A stretch of DNA of 64,000 nt from Akkermansia muciniphila (GCA_945882215.1 CAMCWM010000007.1:992-64991); one strand, 5' to 3'; shown: positions 39,971 to 49,561, counted from the stretch's first letter. A program made the numbers and translations. The notes: generated by a model not told the origin, from the sequence alone.

Positions 39971-41074
39971 ATGCGCACCCTCCTGCCTCTCCTCGCCACC
40001 ATGTCTCTGTCCGCCGCTGAACCGCTCGTTTTCGTCTCTGCCTTCGCTTCGGGCGAAAAAGCCGGCATTCATGCTTTTGGCTTCGACTCCGAAAAAGGCA
40101 CGCTGAAGACGCTGAAACGTGCCACGGGCGTGCAGAGCCCGTTTTTCATCGCGCTCTCGCCGGACAGGCGGTTCTTGTATTCCATCGACGAGTTCGGCGG
40201 GAAGGACAATTTCGTCGCCGCCTTCGCGATTGAGGGCCGTGAGGGCGATTTGAAACCGCTCAATCGCCAAAACACACGAGGCACGGCCTCTTGCTTCCTC
40301 GATGTCGATCCCACCGGCAAAAGCGTGCTCGTCGCGAACTACAGCAGCGGCAACGTCACATCCTTTCCCGTGAAGAGCGATGGCTCGCTCGGCGAGGCGG
40401 TGTCGTTCTTCCAGCACAGCGGCTCCAGCTCCGATCCGCAGCGGCAGAAAGGCCCGAACGCGCATTGCTTCGTCATCAGCCCCGATGGCAAACACGCCCT
40501 CGCCGCCGATCTCGGCATCGACAAGATCATGATCTACACGCTTGATGCCGAGACGGCCAAACTCACGCCGAACGAGATCCAGGCCTTCGCCAAACTCACG
40601 CCCGGCAGCGGCCCGCGACACCTGACCTTTCATCCGAACGGCAAGCTCGTGTATGTCATCAACGAACTCGCCAACACGATCACCGTCTTCGACTGGAGCG
40701 CCGCCGACAGCAGTCTGAAGGAGAAACAAACCATCGCCACGCTTCCGAAGGACTTCACCGGCAAGAGCTACACCGCTGATCTGAAGATCACGCCCGACGG
40801 AAAACACCTCTACGGCACGAATCGCGGCCACGACAGCCTCGCCAGCTACCGCATCGCCGCCGACGGTACGCTCACCCTCCTCACCATCCAACCCAGCGGC
40901 GGCAAAGGCCCGCAGAACCTGCTCGTCACACCTGACGGACGCTGGCTCCTCTGCGCGAACATGCCCGGCAACAATGTGGTCGTCTTCAAGATCGACTCCG
41001 CCAGCGGCAGCATCACAGCACACGGTGATCCGATCACAGTGCCCATGGCGTCGTGCATCCGCTGGCTGGAGTGA
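39971..41074 (+). CDS. Exported lactonase-family 7-bladed beta-propeller (6-phosphogluconolactonase/YbhE-like)
   Basis: The signal is MRTLLPLLATMSLSAA. Motifs include FLYSIDEFG, VLVANYSSGNV, GPRHLTFHPNGKLVYVINELANTITVF and LLCANMPGNNVVVF. The start was trimmed from 39923. Confidence 0.83.
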   Translation: MRTLLPLLATMSLSAAEPLVFVSAFASGEKAGIHAFGFDSEKGTLKTLKRATGVQSPFFIALSPDRRFLYSIDEFGGKDNFVAAFAIEGREGDLKPLNRQNTRGTASCFLDVDPTGKSVLVANYSSGNVTSFPVKSDGSLGEAVSFFQHSGSSSDPQRQKGPNAHCFVISPDGKHALAADLGIDKIMIYTLDAETAKLTPNEIQAFAKLTPGSGPRHLTFHPNGKLVYVINELANTITVFDWSAADSSLKEKQTIATLPKDFTGKSYTADLKITPDGKHLYGTNRGHDSLASYRIAADGTLTLLTIQPSGGKGPQNLLVTPDGRWLLCANMPGNNVVVFKIDSASGSITAHGDPITVPMASCIRWLE

Positions 41075-41092
41075 ACTTCGATTCGAAAAGCC

Positions 41093-42139
41093 ATGCGTCA
41101 CTTCATCGCCATCTTCTTCATTGCCTTGTTCACGGCTCATGCCGCCGAACCGCCAAAGGTCACCGTCACCAACATTCGCCGCGTCTTCCACAACGGCGAG
41201 CACAATGCCTTCACCGACCTGTGCCGGTTTCGCGATCAGCTCTATCTCACCTTCCGCAGTTGTCCCGACGGACACATGGTCAATCCCACGGCCTCGGTCA
41301 TCGTTTTGCGCAGCGGCGATGAAGGCGCGTCGTGGCACCAGGTGCATCATTTCAGCGTCAAAGATCGCGACACGCGTGATCCGCACTTCCTCGTCTTCAA
41401 GGACCGCTTGTTCGTTTACGCGGGAACGTGGTGGAGCGGTTCGACGACGCTGCCGCGCGACCAGTATGACATGAACAAGCACCTCGGCTACGCGGCGTCC
41501 TCGGACGATGGCACGAAATGGAGCGGGCCGACAATTCTCGAAGGCACCTTCGGCCACTACATCTGGCGCGCGGCCACGCATGGCGGCAAAGCCTATCTCT
41601 GCGGCCGAAGGAAGGCCGATTTTGCGGTCAGCGTGATGGGCGAGCGCGGCCACAACCAGTCCATCATGCTCGAAAGCGATGACGGCATCATCTTCCGCCA
41701 TCGTGCCTACTTCCAGGAGTCCGGCGGCAATGAAACAGCCTTCTTCTTCGAGAAGGACGGCAGCGTTTTGGCCTTGGATCGCAACGCAGGAGGCAACTCC
41801 ATGCTCGCCAGCTCCAAACCGCCCTACACCGACTGGAACCGTCGCCCGCTCGACCGTTTCGTCGGCGGCCCGCTGCTCGTGAAATGGGGAAATCACATCC
41901 TCATCGGCGGACGCCACCAAACCAAGGATCGCGGCCCGAAAACCACCCTCGGTTGGCTCATCGACGACAAGTTCCACGAGTTCGCCGAACTCCCCAGCGG
42001 CGGCGATAATTCCTATCCCGGCTTCGTCGAGCTTTCGGCTACCAAGGGCCTTATCTCATGGTATTCGAGCCACGAAAAGAATGATGCAGGTAACACTATA
42101 ACGGCCATCTACATGGCGGAGCTGGCGATCACTCCGTAA
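41093..42139 (+). CDS. Exported BNR/sialidase-fold protein
   Basis: It has a signal peptide and Asp-box-like motifs SGDEGASW, SSDDGTKW and SDDGIIF. Confidence 0.7.
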   Translation: MRHFIAIFFIALFTAHAAEPPKVTVTNIRRVFHNGEHNAFTDLCRFRDQLYLTFRSCPDGHMVNPTASVIVLRSGDEGASWHQVHHFSVKDRDTRDPHFLVFKDRLFVYAGTWWSGSTTLPRDQYDMNKHLGYAASSDDGTKWSGPTILEGTFGHYIWRAATHGGKAYLCGRRKADFAVSVMGERGHNQSIMLESDDGIIFRHRAYFQESGGNETAFFFEKDGSVLALDRNAGGNSMLASSKPPYTDWNRRPLDRFVGGPLLVKWGNHILIGGRHQTKDRGPKTTLGWLIDDKFHEFAELPSGGDNSYPGFVELSATKGLISWYSSHEKNDAGNTITAIYMAELAITP

Positions 42140-42154
42140 AAGCGCCTGCGTTCA

Positions 42155-42718
42155 TCAAGCTGCCAATGCCTTCTCCAGCAAATCTGTCACGCCGAGCTCG
42201 GCGGCACTGCTTTGTAGCAGTTCCAGATCGAGCTTGCCAGCGTTGAGACTCAGCACGCCGAGAATGTCGCCCCACTGACGTTCGGAGTCTTCACCGCCGA
42301 GTCGATACCACTCCAGCTTGGCGATCACGATGTCCTCGGCGCAGCAGATGCGGGCTTCGTAGTCCGATCCTTCCAGCTTGATGCATTGTGACCGGGCGAA
42401 CTCGCCGCCATCAAAGCGCCGCAGTTTGGGAATAAACACATCCACCTTCATCGCGGTATCGAGGTGGATGAGATTGAAGGAGGAACGATCACGAATGGCA
42501 TTCTGCATTGCGCCCTCGTCCGCATACCAGGCATCTCCGAGCACACGAAGAAAAGGCCGCACATGCTGAGGACGAATGTCCGCCATGATGTCTGCATCAA
42601 AGGTCGCCCGTGGCACTCCGTGAATAGAACTCGCCAGTGAGCCGCCGAGAAACCAGCGCACTCCGAGCTTTTCCAGCTCAGCCGCAGCAGCCAGAGCAGC
42701 TCGCAAGGTGTCATCCAT
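42155..42718 (-). CDS. Small nucleotidyltransferase-fold protein (minimal NTase motif)
   Basis: FLGGSLASSIHGVPRATFDADIM fits the pattern hG[GS]-x13-D-h-[DE]-h. It is 187 aa and overlaps the upstream 80-aa ORF by 8 nt. Confidence 0.65.
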   Translation of the reverse strand: MDDTLRAALAAAAELEKLGVRWFLGGSLASSIHGVPRATFDADIMADIRPQHVRPFLRVLGDAWYADEGAMQNAIRDRSSFNLIHLDTAMKVDVFIPKLRRFDGGEFARSQCIKLEGSDYEARICCAEDIVIAKLEWYRLGGEDSERQWGDILGVLSLNAGKLDLELLQSSAAELGVTDLLEKALAA

Positions 42719-42953
42719 GGCTCGGCAGAGGCCCGTAGGCTTTGAGCGCCAACTCCTTGCCGAGAAAGCGCTCGGCGAGCAAGCGATGCAGGGCCTGTGG
42801 TGGCAATTTGGGGTGCTGCTGGCGCAGTGAACTCTGCGTCAACTCTCGCACTGACTGGCTCCACCCTAGAGCCAGGCTCAAGCGTCTAGCAGGCGACATC
42901 GCCTGCAAGGCTCGCAGGCGCATGATCTCCGCAGCGGGGTTGGTGTCGTTCAT
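42711..42953 (-). CDS. 80-aa hypothetical protein, putative partner of the NTase-fold protein
   Basis: MNDTNPAAEIMRLRALQAMSPARRLSLALGW... looks helical. It is translationally coupled to the downstream gene, and I recognised no family. Confidence 0.5.
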   Translation of the reverse strand: MNDTNPAAEIMRLRALQAMSPARRLSLALGWSQSVRELTQSSLRQQHPKLPPQALHRLLAERFLGKELALKAYGPLPSHG

Positions 42954-43056
42954 GACGTCAGAGTGCCACTTGGGTCTGAATTGGCAACTCCACGCATCAT
43001 CAGAGATTTACCTTCAACGGCAGATTCACCACTCTGGCGACGTATGACTGCCCACC

Positions 43057-44496
43057 ATGCTCACACCCACTCGCCGACGCTTTTTTGAAGACTCGCTCAT
43101 GGCCGCTGCGGCGGTCGCTTTGCCGAAAACTTTGCTGGGGGCCGAGACGACGGCGGTTTCGCCGAATGAGAAACTCACGGCGGCGATCATTGGGTGCGGG
43201 ATTCGGGGGAAGGCGCATGCACGGGAGCTGGCGAGGCTGGCAGACTGCGATGTGGCGTATGTTTGCGATCCGGATCTCGATCGTGCGGATGAGGTGGGCG
43301 CGTTGCTGGTCGAGTTGAAGCGTCCGATGCCGAAGAAGGTGCAGGACTTGCGGAAGGTGCTCGAAGACAAGGCGGTGGATGTCGTTTTCATCGCCACGCC
43401 GAACCACTGGCATGCGCTGGCGGCGATCTGGGCGATGCAGGCGGGCAAGGACGTGTATGTCGAAAAACCGGTGAGCCAGAATGTCGAGGAAGGCCGCCGC
43501 ATCGTGCAGGTGGCGCGTAAACTCGGGCGCATCGCGCAGACGGGCACGCAGAATCGCTCACGCGGGGCTTTGGCGGAGGCAGTGAAGTTCATGCGCGAGG
43601 GCAAACTGGGCGAGGTGAAGCTCGCCAAGAGCATCATCTACAGTGGACGCGGCAGCATCGGCGGCCCGGCGGAGTGTGTGATGCCGCCGAGGTGCGATTA
43701 CGACCTGTGGGCCGGCCCCGCGCCGATGACAAAGCTCACGCGGCCGAAGTTCCATTACGACTGGCATTGGTTCTGGGACACCGGCAACGGCGAAATTGGC
43801 AACAACAACGTCCACTCGCTCGACATCTGCCGCTGGGGACTCGGCGTGACCGGTTTGGGCAAGAGCGTGCTCAGCTACGGCGGCCGACTCGGCTACACCG
43901 ACGTGGCCGAGACACCGAACTCCCAGGTCGGCATCTTCGACTTTGGCGACAAGACCATCGTCTCCGAAACCCGCGGCCTCAAAACCGCGCCGTTTCATCC
44001 CACGATCAAATCCATGTGGTTCTTCTACGGCAGCGAGGGCATCATCGCCGACACCAGTCTCTTTGATCCGAAAGGCAATCTCGTCCGCGCCTTTGAAGGA
44101 GGCAAATCCGAAAACCACTTCGCCAACTTCCTCCGCGCTGTGCGCAGTCGCAAACACACCGACCTCACCGCCGACATCGAGGAAGGCCACCAAAGCACCG
44201 CGCTCTGCCACATCGCGAACATCTCTTATCGCCTCGGCCAGCCCACCTTCGCGGGTGAACTCTCGAAGCGGCTGAGCGCCATCCAAGCTCACGAAGACGT
44301 GCAGGACACGCTGGAGCGCACGAAGCACTACCTCACTGAGGCTGGAGTCGATCTTGGGAAGACGAAACTCACTCTAGGGCAGTATCTCCGTGTGGATGGT
44401 GACAAAGAAGCCTTCATCGATAACGCCGCCGCGAACGCGCTGCTAACCCGCGAGTATCGTGCACCGTTTGTGGTGCCGAAGCTGAGTGAAATCTGA
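43057..44496 (+). CDS. Tat-exported Gfo/Idh/MocA-family oxidoreductase
   Basis: MLTPTRRRFFEDSLMAAAAVAL (twin-Arg), AAIIGCGIRGKAHAREL, and FIATPNHWHALAAIWAMQAGKDVYVEKP. Confidence 0.88.
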   Translation: MLTPTRRRFFEDSLMAAAAVALPKTLLGAETTAVSPNEKLTAAIIGCGIRGKAHARELARLADCDVAYVCDPDLDRADEVGALLVELKRPMPKKVQDLRKVLEDKAVDVVFIATPNHWHALAAIWAMQAGKDVYVEKPVSQNVEEGRRIVQVARKLGRIAQTGTQNRSRGALAEAVKFMREGKLGEVKLAKSIIYSGRGSIGGPAECVMPPRCDYDLWAGPAPMTKLTRPKFHYDWHWFWDTGNGEIGNNNVHSLDICRWGLGVTGLGKSVLSYGGRLGYTDVAETPNSQVGIFDFGDKTIVSETRGLKTAPFHPTIKSMWFFYGSEGIIADTSLFDPKGNLVRAFEGGKSENHFANFLRAVRSRKHTDLTADIEEGHQSTALCHIANISYRLGQPTFAGELSKRLSAIQAHEDVQDTLERTKHYLTEAGVDLGKTKLTLGQYLRVDGDKEAFIDNAAANALLTREYRAPFVVPKLSEI

Positions 44497-44500
44497 CCTC

Positions 44501-45688
44501 ATGAAGGCTATTCTCTGCGTTCTCCTGATCTCTGCGGTGCCTCATTTGCAAGCTGCCGAGCCGGTCGAGTTCACCGTGAAGCTCGAAACGGTGATGAAAC
44601 ACGATGACGGCCAGTTCCTCTGGTTCCATCCACGCGCCGCCGCCATGCCCGGCGGCGTGATGATGACGATCCAGAAGCATCTAAAAGTCTCCGACTACTA
44701 CTCCGGACTGCATTTCATGACGCGCCAGGGCGTGGACGGAACCTGGACTGGTCCGTTGCTGACACCGGAGCTGGACTGGCAGAAACAGCCGGATGGTGTG
44801 ACCCTCAGCGTGGCTGATGTGACGCCCGGCTGGCACGAAAAGACCGGCAAGCTCATCGCCCTCGGCGCGCGCGTCCGCTACAGCCCTCAAGGTAAACAAC
44901 TCGAGGACGTGAAGCGCGCGCACCAGACGGTGTATGCGGTTTACGATCCCAAGACCTCGAAGTGGACGCCATGGCGAGTTCTGGAGCTGCCAGCGGATGA
45001 GGAGTTCAACTTCGCCCGAAACGCCTGCGCGCAATGGCTCGTGAAACCCGACGGCACATTGCTCGTGCCGCTCTACATCGGCAAAAGCGCGAAGGATCGC
45101 TTCAGCACCACCGTGGCCGAGTGCCGCTTCGACGGCGACAAGCTTACCTTCATCAAAAACGGCAGCGTGCTGCGCCTGGATGTCGCCCGTGGTCTGTATG
45201 AGCCATCGCTGGCCGCGTTTGGCGGCCGCTACTTCCTCACGCTGCGCAATGACGTTCGTGGCCATGTCAGTGTGAGTGACGACGGACTGCAATTTGCCGA
45301 ACCGAAGCCCTGGACCTTCGACGACGGCGCTGAACTCGGCAGCTACAACACCCAGCAGCACTGGTTGGCCCACAGCGACGGACTGTTTCTCATCTACACC
45401 CGGCGCGGCGCGAACAACGACCACATCGTGCGTCATCGCGCGCCGCTGTTCATGGCACGGGTGGACACGGACAAGCTGCACATCATTCGCAGCACCGAAA
45501 AGATCGTCGTGCCTGAGCGCGGCGCGGAGATGGGCAACTTTGGCGCGAACACCATCAACGCGAATGAGTCCTGGGTGACGGTCTCCGAAGGCATGTTCAT
45601 GAAGGACTCCGCCAAACGCGGCGCCGAGGGCGCGACCTTTGTGGCACGCATCCTGTGGTCAAAGCCCAACCAGTTGATCGGCAAGTGA
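44501..45688 (+). CDS. Exported hypothetical protein, possibly sialidase/BNR-like fold
   Basis: The signal is MKAILCVLLISAVPHLQA. It has one Asp-box-like motif, VSDDGLQF. It starts 4 nt after the Gfo gene. The start was trimmed from the GTG at 44486. Confidence 0.6.
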   Translation: MKAILCVLLISAVPHLQAAEPVEFTVKLETVMKHDDGQFLWFHPRAAAMPGGVMMTIQKHLKVSDYYSGLHFMTRQGVDGTWTGPLLTPELDWQKQPDGVTLSVADVTPGWHEKTGKLIALGARVRYSPQGKQLEDVKRAHQTVYAVYDPKTSKWTPWRVLELPADEEFNFARNACAQWLVKPDGTLLVPLYIGKSAKDRFSTTVAECRFDGDKLTFIKNGSVLRLDVARGLYEPSLAAFGGRYFLTLRNDVRGHVSVSDDGLQFAEPKPWTFDDGAELGSYNTQQHWLAHSDGLFLIYTRRGANNDHIVRHRAPLFMARVDTDKLHIIRSTEKIVVPERGAEMGNFGANTINANESWVTVSEGMFMKDSAKRGAEGATFVARILWSKPNQLIGK

Positions 45689-47575
45689 TCAATCCTGCCT
45701 CGCGGCCAGCGCCTGCAACTGTGGCACGTTGAAATGCTCCAGCAGGCCGAAGCAGAACATCTCGGGCTTGTCGCTGACGGTCCAGTTGTTGCGCAAGATG
45801 CCGTGGAGGTCTTCGATGTGCTGTGAAGGCTTGAGCCTGCCGGAGGCCACGGGTTCAAGCGCTTTGGCAACGAGTGCGACGAGGCTGGTGCGTGGACCGA
45901 TGGAATGCACCGCAGGGGTTGATTTGAATGTCTGGGCCGCCCAATGAGCCACCGCATTCACTTCAGCGCTCTCGATGCCGAGGGCGCGCTGCCCCACGGT
46001 CGCGGCGAGAAGCGCGTGGAGGTATGTTCGGCCGCCCATGCTCGCCTCGCCGATGAAGGTGGGATCGAGTGCGAGCACGCGCTTGCCGGTGGAGAGCAGT
46101 GCTTCGACCTCTTTGGCGGCGGATTTGCGTCCGGCGTCGGCGATGACGATGGCGGTGCCTTTGACGTCGCCTCGCGTGAGTTCGGTGAGCGGCACGGTCC
46201 AGTCGCTGCCGATGCGGAGCCGCCAAAACACAGCCTTCGTGTCCGCGCGGCTCTCCCCGCCTGCTTTTTCCGCCAAAGCCTCGTATTTCGGCCCGATGAC
46301 GAGTTCGCGCAGTTTTTCGCGCGTGGCCTGCGCGGGATCGCGCGGCAGATTCTTCGCCGCGGCGAGGGCGAGTTGATGAAAATCGAGATTGTCGGCCGGC
46401 AGCGGCACGTCGAGCTGCTCCTTGGTTTTCACCTCGATTTCGCAGGGCATCTCTTTCGCGCTGAAACCGGCGTCTCCAGGAAAAAAGATGTCGCCGACCA
46501 TGCCGTAGAGCGCCTGACGGTTGTCGATCTCGAAGTTGTGCGTGCCTGGATCTGTGTTGATGTGGGAGCGCAGGCGCTCCGGTTGGCCGTAGATTTTGAA
46601 GACGGGCTCCGCGGCATCTAGCAGCGGCGGAAGCGCGTGGTCGGCGGCGAAGCAGCAGTTGTCCTTGGCGTTGTAAGTGAGCAACGCGGCGCGACCGGCG
46701 AGCATGGCGGTGAGATGCGTGTAATCAGCGACGGTGGCGAGATCGTTCGGCGTCTGCTCGGAATCACCGAGATCGCTGCCATGCTCGGCGCGAGTGATGA
46801 AGGACGAGTAGCCCGCGACGGGATTCGCGAGCGTGACGCGTGTGTCGAGCGAACTAATCGTGATCGTCTGCCAGCCGCCGCCGGAGAGGCCGCTCACCGC
46901 GACGCGAGCGGGATCGGCCTTCGGCAGTGCGAGCAGGATGTCGAGCCCGCGCGACATCGATAGGTAAAACGGCGCAAGGCCGCTGACGCCGCAGAGATCG
47001 AGCTGGTTCATGCGCGAATGCACGAAGCCATCGGTTCGAAGCTGGCCCATGCCGAGCCATTCGACATTCAGGCTGGCGATGCCGCGTTTGGCCAGGTTGA
47101 TGCAGCGAATCTGCTTGTAAGGCGCGGCCTTCCCCACGCCGTCGTGGCCGTTGACGGCGAGATGCACGGGCATCTTCGCCTGAAGTTTGTCCGGCTGGTA
47201 AAGCAGCGCGGGAATCCAAAGACCGGGTAGCGCCTCGTAGCGCAACTTCTTGATCGAGTAGCCCGCGCCGCCTTCGATGGAGTCCAGCCACTCGACTTTT
47301 GTCTTCGCATCGCGCCACTGTTTTGCCAACGCGCCGCGAAAGACGATGTTCTCGAGTGCATCGCGCCGCGTCTTGTCGGCAAATGTCTTCCACTCGTCGA
47401 GCGTGGTCAGTTTTGGCATGCGCGGCACCTTGGTATCGCAAAACGCGCGCGATTCGCGCTCCGGCTGGCCTTTTTCGAGGATGGGATGAGATAGCAGTGC
47501 TTCGAGATCGGGTGGTGGCGGCGTTTGCGCCAGCAATGGCAGACTAAGCACGAGGAAAAGGATGGCTGGCTTCAT
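45689..47575 (-). CDS. Exported alpha/beta hydrolase (acetyl-xylan-esterase / dienelactone-hydrolase-like)
   Basis: The signal is MKPAILFLVLSLPLLAQ. The nucleophile elbow is VAVSGLSGGGW (G-x-S-x-G). Confidence 0.72.
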   Translation of the reverse strand: MKPAILFLVLSLPLLAQTPPPPDLEALLSHPILEKGQPERESRAFCDTKVPRMPKLTTLDEWKTFADKTRRDALENIVFRGALAKQWRDAKTKVEWLDSIEGGAGYSIKKLRYEALPGLWIPALLYQPDKLQAKMPVHLAVNGHDGVGKAAPYKQIRCINLAKRGIASLNVEWLGMGQLRTDGFVHSRMNQLDLCGVSGLAPFYLSMSRGLDILLALPKADPARVAVSGLSGGGWQTITISSLDTRVTLANPVAGYSSFITRAEHGSDLGDSEQTPNDLATVADYTHLTAMLAGRAALLTYNAKDNCCFAADHALPPLLDAAEPVFKIYGQPERLRSHINTDPGTHNFEIDNRQALYGMVGDIFFPGDAGFSAKEMPCEIEVKTKEQLDVPLPADNLDFHQLALAAAKNLPRDPAQATREKLRELVIGPKYEALAEKAGGESRADTKAVFWRLRIGSDWTVPLTELTRGDVKGTAIVIADAGRKSAAKEVEALLSTGKRVLALDPTFIGEASMGGRTYLHALLAATVGQRALGIESAEVNAVAHWAAQTFKSTPAVHSIGPRTSLVALVAKALEPVASGRLKPSQHIEDLHGILRNNWTVSDKPEMFCFGLLEHFNVPQLQALAARQD

Positions 47576-47636
47576 GACTGACCACTACGCGGCGAGGAGC
47601 AGGCTTTGATCGCGAGAGGAACCCTGATCGGCGCGT

Positions 47637-48470
47637 ATGAGTCGCATGCTGTTCCGTCTGCTTTGCCTGCTCATGAGTGTCTCCGTCATGTTCGCGGAGA
47701 CGACGGGTGATGTGCTCGTCATCGCACCGCATCCGGATGATGAGGTGATCGGCTGTGCGGGTGTGATCCTGCGAACGCTGGAGGCGAAAAAGAGAGTGAC
47801 AGTGGTTCTTTTGACGAATGGAGACGGTCATGTGGCGCTGACGGCTGCGGTGGCCAAAAAAGAGCGCGAGCAGCTCACGGCAGAAGATTTCATGAAGGCG
47901 GGCGCGTTGCGGCAAGGTCACTCGGTGACTGCGATGAAGCGCCTCGGTGTGCCGCGGGAGGATTTGATCTTCCTCGGCTATCCGGACGGCGGTTTGGAGA
48001 AGATGTGGCGGATGGATGGCAGCGCGGCTTTTCGACAGATGCTCACGCAGAAACGCGAAACCTATGGATTGACCGCGCGGGACCATCATTCGGCCACGCA
48101 CGGCAAACCGGCGGCCTATTTGAAAACGAACGTGGTGGCCGATCTGGCGGAGATCATCCGCACACGCAGACCTCAGGAGGTGTTTGTCTCTCACGACTCC
48201 GACAAGCACGGAGATCATCGTGCCGCGTTCTGGTATGCGCGCGACGCCTTGCAGATCGCGAAGGTGGAGGCGCGCCTGCTGGCGTTTGTCGTGCATGGTG
48301 ATCCGCTGTCGCGCGAGCCGGATCTACGGCTCAAACTTTCGCCCCAGGCCTACGAGACAAAAAAGGCAGCTCTGATCGACCACACGAAAGGCACGTCGCC
48401 TGTGCATGATGGCCTTGTGGACGAGTATTTGAAGCCGGAGGAGCTTTTCTGGCAGTTTCCCATCCCATGA
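47637..48470 (+). CDS. PIG-L/LmbE-family deacetylase
   Basis: VLVIAPHPDDEVIGCAG, followed later by HGDHRAAF. Confidence 0.85.
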   Translation: MSRMLFRLLCLLMSVSVMFAETTGDVLVIAPHPDDEVIGCAGVILRTLEAKKRVTVVLLTNGDGHVALTAAVAKKEREQLTAEDFMKAGALRQGHSVTAMKRLGVPREDLIFLGYPDGGLEKMWRMDGSAAFRQMLTQKRETYGLTARDHHSATHGKPAAYLKTNVVADLAEIIRTRRPQEVFVSHDSDKHGDHRAAFWYARDALQIAKVEARLLAFVVHGDPLSREPDLRLKLSPQAYETKKAALIDHTKGTSPVHDGLVDEYLKPEELFWQFPIP

Positions 48471-49363
48471 GCGAACCCATCGTCTATCTGAATGAGCGCT
48501 TTGTTCCCGCCTCGCAGGCAAAGCTAAACATCTACGACCTCGGCCTCGTGCTCGGCGCGACGCTGACGGAGATGACGCGGACGTTTCGGGCCGAGGACCA
48601 TGTGGCGCGGCTGTATCGTTCGCTGAAGTTCTCCGGCATCACGGTGCCGCTCACGCCTGAGGAAATGCTGGCGCGGACGAAGGAACTGGCGGAGGCGAAC
48701 TGCAAGCTGCTCGGCCCGGAGGAGGACCTCGGCATCGTGCATTTCGTCACGCCGGGTGAAAACGCGCTCTATGCAGGCAGCGCGGGGTCTGCGGGGACGC
48801 TGCGGCCGACGATTTGCATCCACAGCTTTCCGCTGCGCTTTGAGATGTGGCGGCATCTGTTCACAGATGGGGCGCATGTCGTCACGCCATCGATCCGGCA
48901 CATTCCGCCACAATGTTTGGAGCCGAAGATGAAGAACCGCAGCCGCCTGCACTGGTGGCTGGCCGACAAACAGTCCCAGGCCGTCGATCCGCGTGCCATC
49001 ACGCTGCTGCTCGATCTCGACGGCAACGTCACCGAGTGCGCAGGCTCGAATTTCGTCATCATCAAAGGCAATACGATCATTTCGCCGACGACACGTAACA
49101 TCCTCTGGGGCGTGAGCCTGCAAACGGTGAAGGAGCTAGCGCCGCAGATCGGCATGGAGTTCATCGAAAAGGATTTCCAGCCCTACGATATCGTAAACGC
49201 GGACGAGGCCTGGCTGACCACCACGCCCTACTGCATGGCCCCCTGCACGAAAATCAACACCACACCCATCGCGGATGGGAAGCCGGGCCCGTGGTTCAAA
49301 AAGATGATCGGCGCGTGGAGCAAGCGTGTCGGGACGAACATCGAAGCACAGGTGATGGAATGA
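48467..49363 (+). CDS. Class IV (branched-chain / D-amino-acid) aminotransferase-family protein
   Basis: MSEPIVYLNERFVPASQAKLNIYDLGLVLG..EPKMKNRSRLHWW..CAGSNFVIIKGNTIISP. Its start overlaps the PIG-L stop as ATGA. Confidence 0.82.
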   Translation: MSEPIVYLNERFVPASQAKLNIYDLGLVLGATLTEMTRTFRAEDHVARLYRSLKFSGITVPLTPEEMLARTKELAEANCKLLGPEEDLGIVHFVTPGENALYAGSAGSAGTLRPTICIHSFPLRFEMWRHLFTDGAHVVTPSIRHIPPQCLEPKMKNRSRLHWWLADKQSQAVDPRAITLLLDLDGNVTECAGSNFVIIKGNTIISPTTRNILWGVSLQTVKELAPQIGMEFIEKDFQPYDIVNADEAWLTTTPYCMAPCTKINTTPIADGKPGPWFKKMIGAWSKRVGTNIEAQVME

Positions 49364-49495
49364 TTCACCATTGTGGAGTTGCCATTCAGGTCGTCAGGGG
49401 CTCGAGTTGAAACATCCACCGAAACACCGCTATTGATCCCGGCGAGCAGGGATCTGTGACTGGTTTATCCCGGTTTCTTGGAGGGAGACGAGCTG

Positions 49496-49524
49496 TTGAA
49501 GCTATATTTACTGTAATTTACATT
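49496..49524 (+). promoter_or_regulatory. Candidate sigma70-like promoter TTGAAG-N17-TACATT in an AT-rich island. The spacer and -10 element contain the palindrome TGTAA-T-TTACA (49512-49522).
   Basis: Read directly from the sequence, 78-106 nt upstream of the first ORF of the pilus-like operon. By hand count, 49491-49590 is about 35% G+C. Confidence 0.25.
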
Positions 49525-49546
49525 AATTCCAGATATTCATGTGTCC

Positions 49547-49561
49547 ATCCCTCAGAGGGAT
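49547..49561. promoter_or_regulatory. Perfect 15-bp palindrome ATCCCTC-A-GAGGGAT (operator-like)
   Basis: Read directly from the sequence, 41 nt upstream of the ATG at 49602. Confidence 0.4.

Noticed and set aside
41071-41090. The palindrome-like string ACTTCGATTCGAAAAG between the lactonase and BNR genes, which partly resembles the core of the vapBC-flanking hairpin (TTCGAT..ATCGAA).
   Set aside because: It has only a 5-bp arm with a 1-nt centre, so no stable hairpin forms. It also lacks the GTAGC and GCCT flanks of the 33.2/33.9-kb repeat, and I treat it as unrelated.
39776-41977. A 733-aa minus-strand ORF. Similar long shadow ORFs are 54216-55931(-), 35765-37129(-), 16001-17218(-), 7267-8493(-), 37435-38550(-), 11890-12969(-), 23675-25075(+), 25774-26955(+), 62722-63828(+), 908-1963(+), 2359-3408(+) and 18937-19863(+).
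   Set aside because: Each lies antisense to a gene with clear family motifs (lactonase/BNR, PilT, DUF1501, sialidase, SGNH, sulfatase, SPS and others). Their translations are Arg/Ala/Gly/His/Val-rich with no recognisable motifs or signal peptides. This is the typical high-GC shadow-ORF artefact.
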